Source of the DNA: an uncultured Bacteroidales bacterium
GTDB lineage: Bacteria > Bacteroidota > Bacteroidia > Bacteroidales > UBA10428
Direction of reading: 5' to 3'
NCBI GenBank assembly: GCA_963752195.1
Contig: CAVVXI010000004.1
Location: 87,979 to 151,978, forward strand
DNA length: 64,000 nt
Under the pieces are notes generated by a model that did not search any database, was not told the DNA's origin, and worked only from the letters and a program-made list of their open reading frames with translations. Positions 60,124 to 64,000 of this stretch are shown piece by piece. The position numbers and the translations under genes are program-made. Each line of letters opens with the position of its first letter. Position 1 is the first letter of the stretch.

Positions 60124-61413
60124 ATGACCTCGATTCGGATATTATTTGGGCTATTTCTTTGGCTGGCAGTACAGGTTGCAGCTGGCCAGGATACTGTCTA
60201 TGCCAGGGAAGTTATTGCCCATTTATGCGATCAGAAAATGCACGGAAGGGGATATGTGCGTCACGGCGATCACCGGGCAGCCGCATATATCCGGCAACAG
60301 TTTGAGAAGGAGGGCTTACAACCCTTTCATCATGAATACTTTCAAACTTTTCCAATCAATATAAACACATTTCCCGGCAATATGATATTATCCCTGGATG
60401 GGAAAAGTCTTGCTGCGGGGCGCGATTTTATTGTCGATCCGTCATCACCCGGTATAAACGGAATTTTTGTTCCGGTATATTTGAAAGCCCCGGACATCCT
60501 GAAGGGAATGCCAGATACTTTAAGATATGCCGCAGGGAAAGTACTCCTTGTGGATGTGCGGGATTTAGCCCTGGCAAAAGCCGGGTTAAAGAGAAAATGG
60601 AGCGAATGGAAAAACACGCAGCAACGTGATAATCCTTTTAAATTAAAAGGTTTGATAGAAATTACAGACGAGAAACTGGTTTTCGGGGCAGCCACCCGCC
60701 TGTCTCTTATTCCGGTCATTCTTATGAAGGGCGCATCTTTTCAAAGACCGGCCGCTTCCCTTGAAATGCATATCAAAAACAAATTTATTGAGGGGTACAG
60801 CACGCAGAATGTTGCAGGTTATGTTCAGGGAACATTATATCCCGATTCTTTTCTGGTATACACAGCACATTATGACCATCTTGGCCTGATGGGAAAAGAA
60901 GTCTTTTTCCCAGGTGCAAATGACAATGCAAGCGGGGTAGCCATGATGCTTGGACTGGCACGGTATTTCAGCACACATCCGCAGAGATATTCTGTGTTGT
61001 TTATTGCTTTTGCAGGGGAAGAGGCAGGTCTCCTTGGATCGGAATTTTTTGTAAATCACCCGTTGATGGAACTTTCAAAAATAAAGTTCCTTGTTAACCT
61101 CGACCTTGTGGGGACAGGCATTGACGGTATTACGGTAGTGAATGCGACGGAATTTCTGCAAAAGTTTGAAACGCTCAGTCGTATAAACGAAACAGGGCAC
61201 TACGTGGTCATTATCAAAAAAAGAGGTCCGGCCTGCAACAGCGATCATTGTCCTTTTTTCGCGAAGGATGTTCCCTGTTTTTTTATTTATACGTTAGGCG
61301 GGATTGCGGCCTATCACAACCCCGATGACCGGCCGGAAACACTTCCTCTCACAGCTTTCGAAGGACTTACAAAATTAATGATAGCTTTTGGCAGGGAAAA
61401 ATTAGAATTATGA
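60124..61413 (+). CDS. M28 family aminopeptidase
   Basis: MHGRG, AHYDHLG, GANDNASG, GEEAGLLGS, NLD, SDH, YH..DD; the stop codon lies inside the GAATTAT array. Confidence 0.92.
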   Translation: MTSIRILFGLFLWLAVQVAAGQDTVYAREVIAHLCDQKMHGRGYVRHGDHRAAAYIRQQFEKEGLQPFHHEYFQTFPININTFPGNMILSLDGKSLAAGRDFIVDPSSPGINGIFVPVYLKAPDILKGMPDTLRYAAGKVLLVDVRDLALAKAGLKRKWSEWKNTQQRDNPFKLKGLIEITDEKLVFGAATRLSLIPVILMKGASFQRPAASLEMHIKNKFIEGYSTQNVAGYVQGTLYPDSFLVYTAHYDHLGLMGKEVFFPGANDNASGVAMMLGLARYFSTHPQRYSVLFIAFAGEEAGLLGSEFFVNHPLMELSKIKFLVNLDLVGTGIDGITVVNATEFLQKFETLSRINETGHYVVIIKKRGPACNSDHCPFFAKDVPCFFIYTLGGIAAYHNPDDRPETLPLTAFEGLTKLMIAFGREKLEL

Positions 61414-61474
61414 ATTATGAATTATGAATTATGAATTATGAATTATGAATTATGAATTATGAATGATGAATGAT
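61405..61474 (+). repeat. GAATTAT x8 plus GAATGAT x2 tandem array (left arm)
   Basis: Direct reading; encodes the last codons E-L and TGA of the M28 gene. Confidence 0.95.
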
Positions 61475-61521
61475 GACGTCCCAGGCCCGTTGTTTCTACT
61501 CCCGCCGGTGCACTTTGCGCC

Positions 61522-61552
61522 ATTCATGATTCAAAATTCTTCATTCATAATT
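61522..61552 (-). repeat. Degenerate inverted copy of the same heptamer array
   Basis: ATTCATG ATTCAAA ATTCTTC ATTCATA ATT. Confidence 0.7.
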
Positions 61553-61576
61553 AGGTTATTCAAATTACTTCCACGA

Positions 61577-62230
61577 TCAGTCTATTGTTATTTCATCTTT
61601 ATACCGAAATATCATATATCCTGAAAGTACAATTGAGGAAGAGCCGATAACTTTCAGTTTAAGCCATACCAGCCTGTGTTCAGTCAAATTACGAAAGGCC
61701 ATATATTTGTAATTAATGTTAAGCCATGCATCGATTTCTGAATCGCTCACATAACCCCTGCCTTTGGCATCAGCGTATGACAAATAAGCAATTGTGGCTG
61801 ATTCTTTCCAGGTACCCTCATTAATTGATATTGTATCCTTGTCATTAAAAATAAACGGAATCGGCACGGTATCATAGATATACATTGTCTCATGTGTGAA
61901 GCCGTTTATATACCAGGTTACATTGACAAAATCCATGGTTTCTACTTCATATCCGTTCAAAGTAGAAATTCTAATATATGATTCACTAGGATCATGATAT
62001 TGTACATTGCGGTATGTAGTGATTGTAATATCAGTGGACCCGTTTTTGTCAATATCCAGATTAAATATTTTAGAATCTCTGACTGGGACATCCTGATTAG
62101 GTTGTATTATTATGTCATGCAGGTTGCTGTAAATGTGATCCGGCTCGATTTTTTCCTTTTCGCAGCCTGATATCATGAAAACAAATCCAATAAAAAAAGT
62201 TGGAATAAAGAGTCGGATGTGTAATTTCAT
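61577..62230 (-). CDS. Hypothetical AT-rich lipoprotein
   Basis: Lipobox ISGC followed by charged EKEKIEPD; DIDKNGSTD Ca-loop-like motif; family not recognised. Confidence 0.75.
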   Translation of the reverse strand: MKLHIRLFIPTFFIGFVFMISGCEKEKIEPDHIYSNLHDIIIQPNQDVPVRDSKIFNLDIDKNGSTDITITTYRNVQYHDPSESYIRISTLNGYEVETMDFVNVTWYINGFTHETMYIYDTVPIPFIFNDKDTISINEGTWKESATIAYLSYADAKGRGYVSDSEIDAWLNINYKYMAFRNLTEHRLVWLKLKVIGSSSIVLSGYMIFRYKDEITID

Positions 62231-62258
62231 AATGAGAGAGTATTACTGCGCCTCGCGC

Positions 62259-62319
62259 AATTCATAATTCATAATTCATAATTCATAATTCATAATTCAT
62301 AATTCATAATTCATAATTC
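62259..62319 (-). repeat. AATTCAT x8 tandem array (right arm; GAATTAT on the minus strand)
   Basis: Perfect 60-bp inverted repeat of 61405-61464; encodes E-L-TGA of the 62311-62829 gene. Confidence 0.95.
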
Positions 62320-62829
62320 CTTCTCAACCACCTTTACAAGCTCCCCGTAAAGAGCCCGCTTTTCATCTGAAACCAGTTTATCCGATTGCTTCAGATACCG
62401 GATGCAATCCATTTTTGCCTCATCGGTAGCATTTGGAAACGATTCCTCAAGCACAGTAAAAGCCTCAAGTGAAGTAAGGTAATCCGATTCGATAAACAAT
62501 TTTGCAAATACGGGGAGATATCCGCTGAAGTCAAGTCCCGATTGCCAGCATGCGGCAAGAAAGCCCGGCAGTTGTTCACCCAAGTCCATTTTTTCAAGGG
62601 AGGAGGCAATGACCGGAACAGCATCCTGTGATTTTATTTCACTTAGAAGGTTCAGGATTTCTGTTTGGATTATCAACGGTGTTTCTTTTCTGATCATTTG
62701 AAACAAAACCGGTAAAATCTTAATTGAGCCTGAATTACGGATCTCATATACAGCGGGAATCGCCTGGTCGGGATCAAGTGATTCCAGTGCTTTATTCCAT
62801 TCCCGTTCAATACTGCTTTGCTTTTCCAT
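62311..62829 (-). CDS. HEAT/ARM-repeat-like hypothetical protein
   Basis: All-helical 172 aa with ACWQSGLDFS and LEAFTVLE segments. Confidence 0.7.
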   Translation of the reverse strand: MEKQSSIEREWNKALESLDPDQAIPAVYEIRNSGSIKILPVLFQMIRKETPLIIQTEILNLLSEIKSQDAVPVIASSLEKMDLGEQLPGFLAACWQSGLDFSGYLPVFAKLFIESDYLTSLEAFTVLEESFPNATDEAKMDCIRYLKQSDKLVSDEKRALYGELVKVVEKEL

Positions 62830-62852
62830 TTTCTAAATTAATGGTGAAAATT

Positions 62853-64000
62853 TTATCCTTCATGAACCGGAGTCATATATTCCAGCATCAAAATCCTGGA
62901 AGTTTCCGGTGTAATCCTGTACCGGTCATCAATCCGGTGATTGACAACCCATATAATGTTCCCCGATGATTCTATCACCCAAATGTTTTGTTTGTCGGGC
63001 AGCGGGACTTTAATGTCTATCAGAAAATCACTGATCTTTTTTGAACCTTTCATGCCCAGCGGATGGAAATGATCGCCTGCGCTCCACCTGCGCAAGAGAA
63101 GCGGAAAAACAAGTTTTTCCCGATCCAAAACCGCATATCGGGTTTCCGGTGGGATTGTAAAACCCGGATTAACTTGTAAACTGCCCGCGGTGAGATGAAT
63201 GGGATGTGTTATCAATACAGTATCCTCATCAATATTTATTCGGGCATCGGCAGGTGTGCCGTTTTTTGTTATGATCAGATGGGCCCGGTCCCGGGTAATG
63301 GAGTGGGTTCGTGTTATGAACTGCTTTCCGGGTATAGATTCAAAGGAAGACATAATGGATCGGATCAGAATGGAAGTGCAGCCAAATTCCCTGAGAAGTT
63401 CAAACAGAATCGTTTCAACAGATGGGAATTCCGTCAGTTTTTCAATGTCAATGAGAACCTTATCAGGCAATTCAACCCACACCGCTTTTTTTATTTGTGC
63501 CAATGCCAGGTTGACCAGTTTACCTGTCTGATAAAGGTGTGAAATCGTTTCAGTGGCATTCTCCATGAACACAGGATTGATGGCTTCAAATTCCGGAATT
63601 AACACATGCCGGATTCGGTTGCGGATATATTTTGTTTCCGCATTGGAAGAGTCTTCCCGCCAGGTTAGGGAACGGGCATCTGCATATTTTCGGATCTCCG
63701 GTCGGGAAGCAAACAGTAAGGGTCTAACAAGAAATCCGGTTTTTGGCCTCATTCCTGAAAGACCGCGGATGCCGCTCCCCCGGGCAAAGTTGATAAGGAC
63801 CGTTTCCACCATGTCATTCTGGTTGTGGCCTGTAATGATATAGTCGTATCCGTTCTTTTTCCTGATTTCTTCGAACCATGCATATCGAAGATCGCGTGCA
63901 GCCATCTGTATTGAAATCCCGTTTGTTTCCGCGTATTCAAGAGTATCGAACCGGGTACCATAGCAACTTACTTTCATCCTCCGGGCGAGATTTTCCACAA
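62853..64000 (-). CDS. tilS: tRNA(Ile)-lysidine synthetase (5' truncated by window edge)
   Basis: SIQMAARDLRY, GHNQND..ET, RPLL, WREDSSN...Y.RNRIR, C-terminal GMKGSKKISDFLID.K. Confidence 0.95.
   Translation of the reverse strand, partial: VENLARRMKVSCYGTRFDTLEYAETNGISIQMAARDLRYAWFEEIRKKNGYDYIITGHNQNDMVETVLINFARGSGIRGLSGMRPKTGFLVRPLLFASRPEIRKYADARSLTWREDSSNAETKYIRNRIRHVLIPEFEAINPVFMENATETISHLYQTGKLVNLALAQIKKAVWVELPDKVLIDIEKLTEFPSVETILFELLREFGCTSILIRSIMSSFESIPGKQFITRTHSITRDRAHLIITKNGTPADARINIDEDTVLITHPIHLTAGSLQVNPGFTIPPETRYAVLDREKLVFPLLLRRWSAGDHFHPLGMKGSKKISDFLIDIKVPLPDKQNIWVIESSGNIIWVVNHRIDDRYRITPETSRILMLEYMTPVHEG

Noticed and set aside
801..62319. Tandem arrays as CRISPR arrays
   Set aside because: Units are 7-15 nt and contiguous, with no unique spacers and no cas genes

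Overview
64 kb of core chromosome from a Bacteroidota (Bacteroidales-like) bacterium, judged from TAnnTTTG promoters, the lptD-amidase-mce-dnaA order, the zapA-6S-rny order, a bat operon and lipoproteins. Most genes are housekeeping: proS (partial), dnaA, pyrBI, rny, anmK, ndk, pepD, argS, ffh, folD, aroE, truA, moxR-batABCDE, nagB, yggS and tilS (partial). I saw no rRNA, tRNA, CRISPR, integrase or transposase. The most unusual signal is a family of 7-8 nt tandem-repeat arrays of several unit types at six intergenic sites. Most begin at or within a few bases of a stop codon, several supply part or all of the stop codon, and they are oriented relative to the gene they follow. In one case a 60-bp perfect inverted pair brackets an AT-rich orphan lipoprotein gene like a cassette. 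Other points: an OPT transporter / stand-alone PqqD(RRE) / POT transporter operon with no RiPP enzymes; a probable 6S RNA; a candidate GU-rich sRNA with its own promoter and terminator; a degenerate GH20/GH84-like lipoprotein; a rubredoxin missed by the ORF track; and four clustered single-base indels in dnaA and yigZ that are probably assembly errors. All calls come from reading motifs by eye; no database searches were run.
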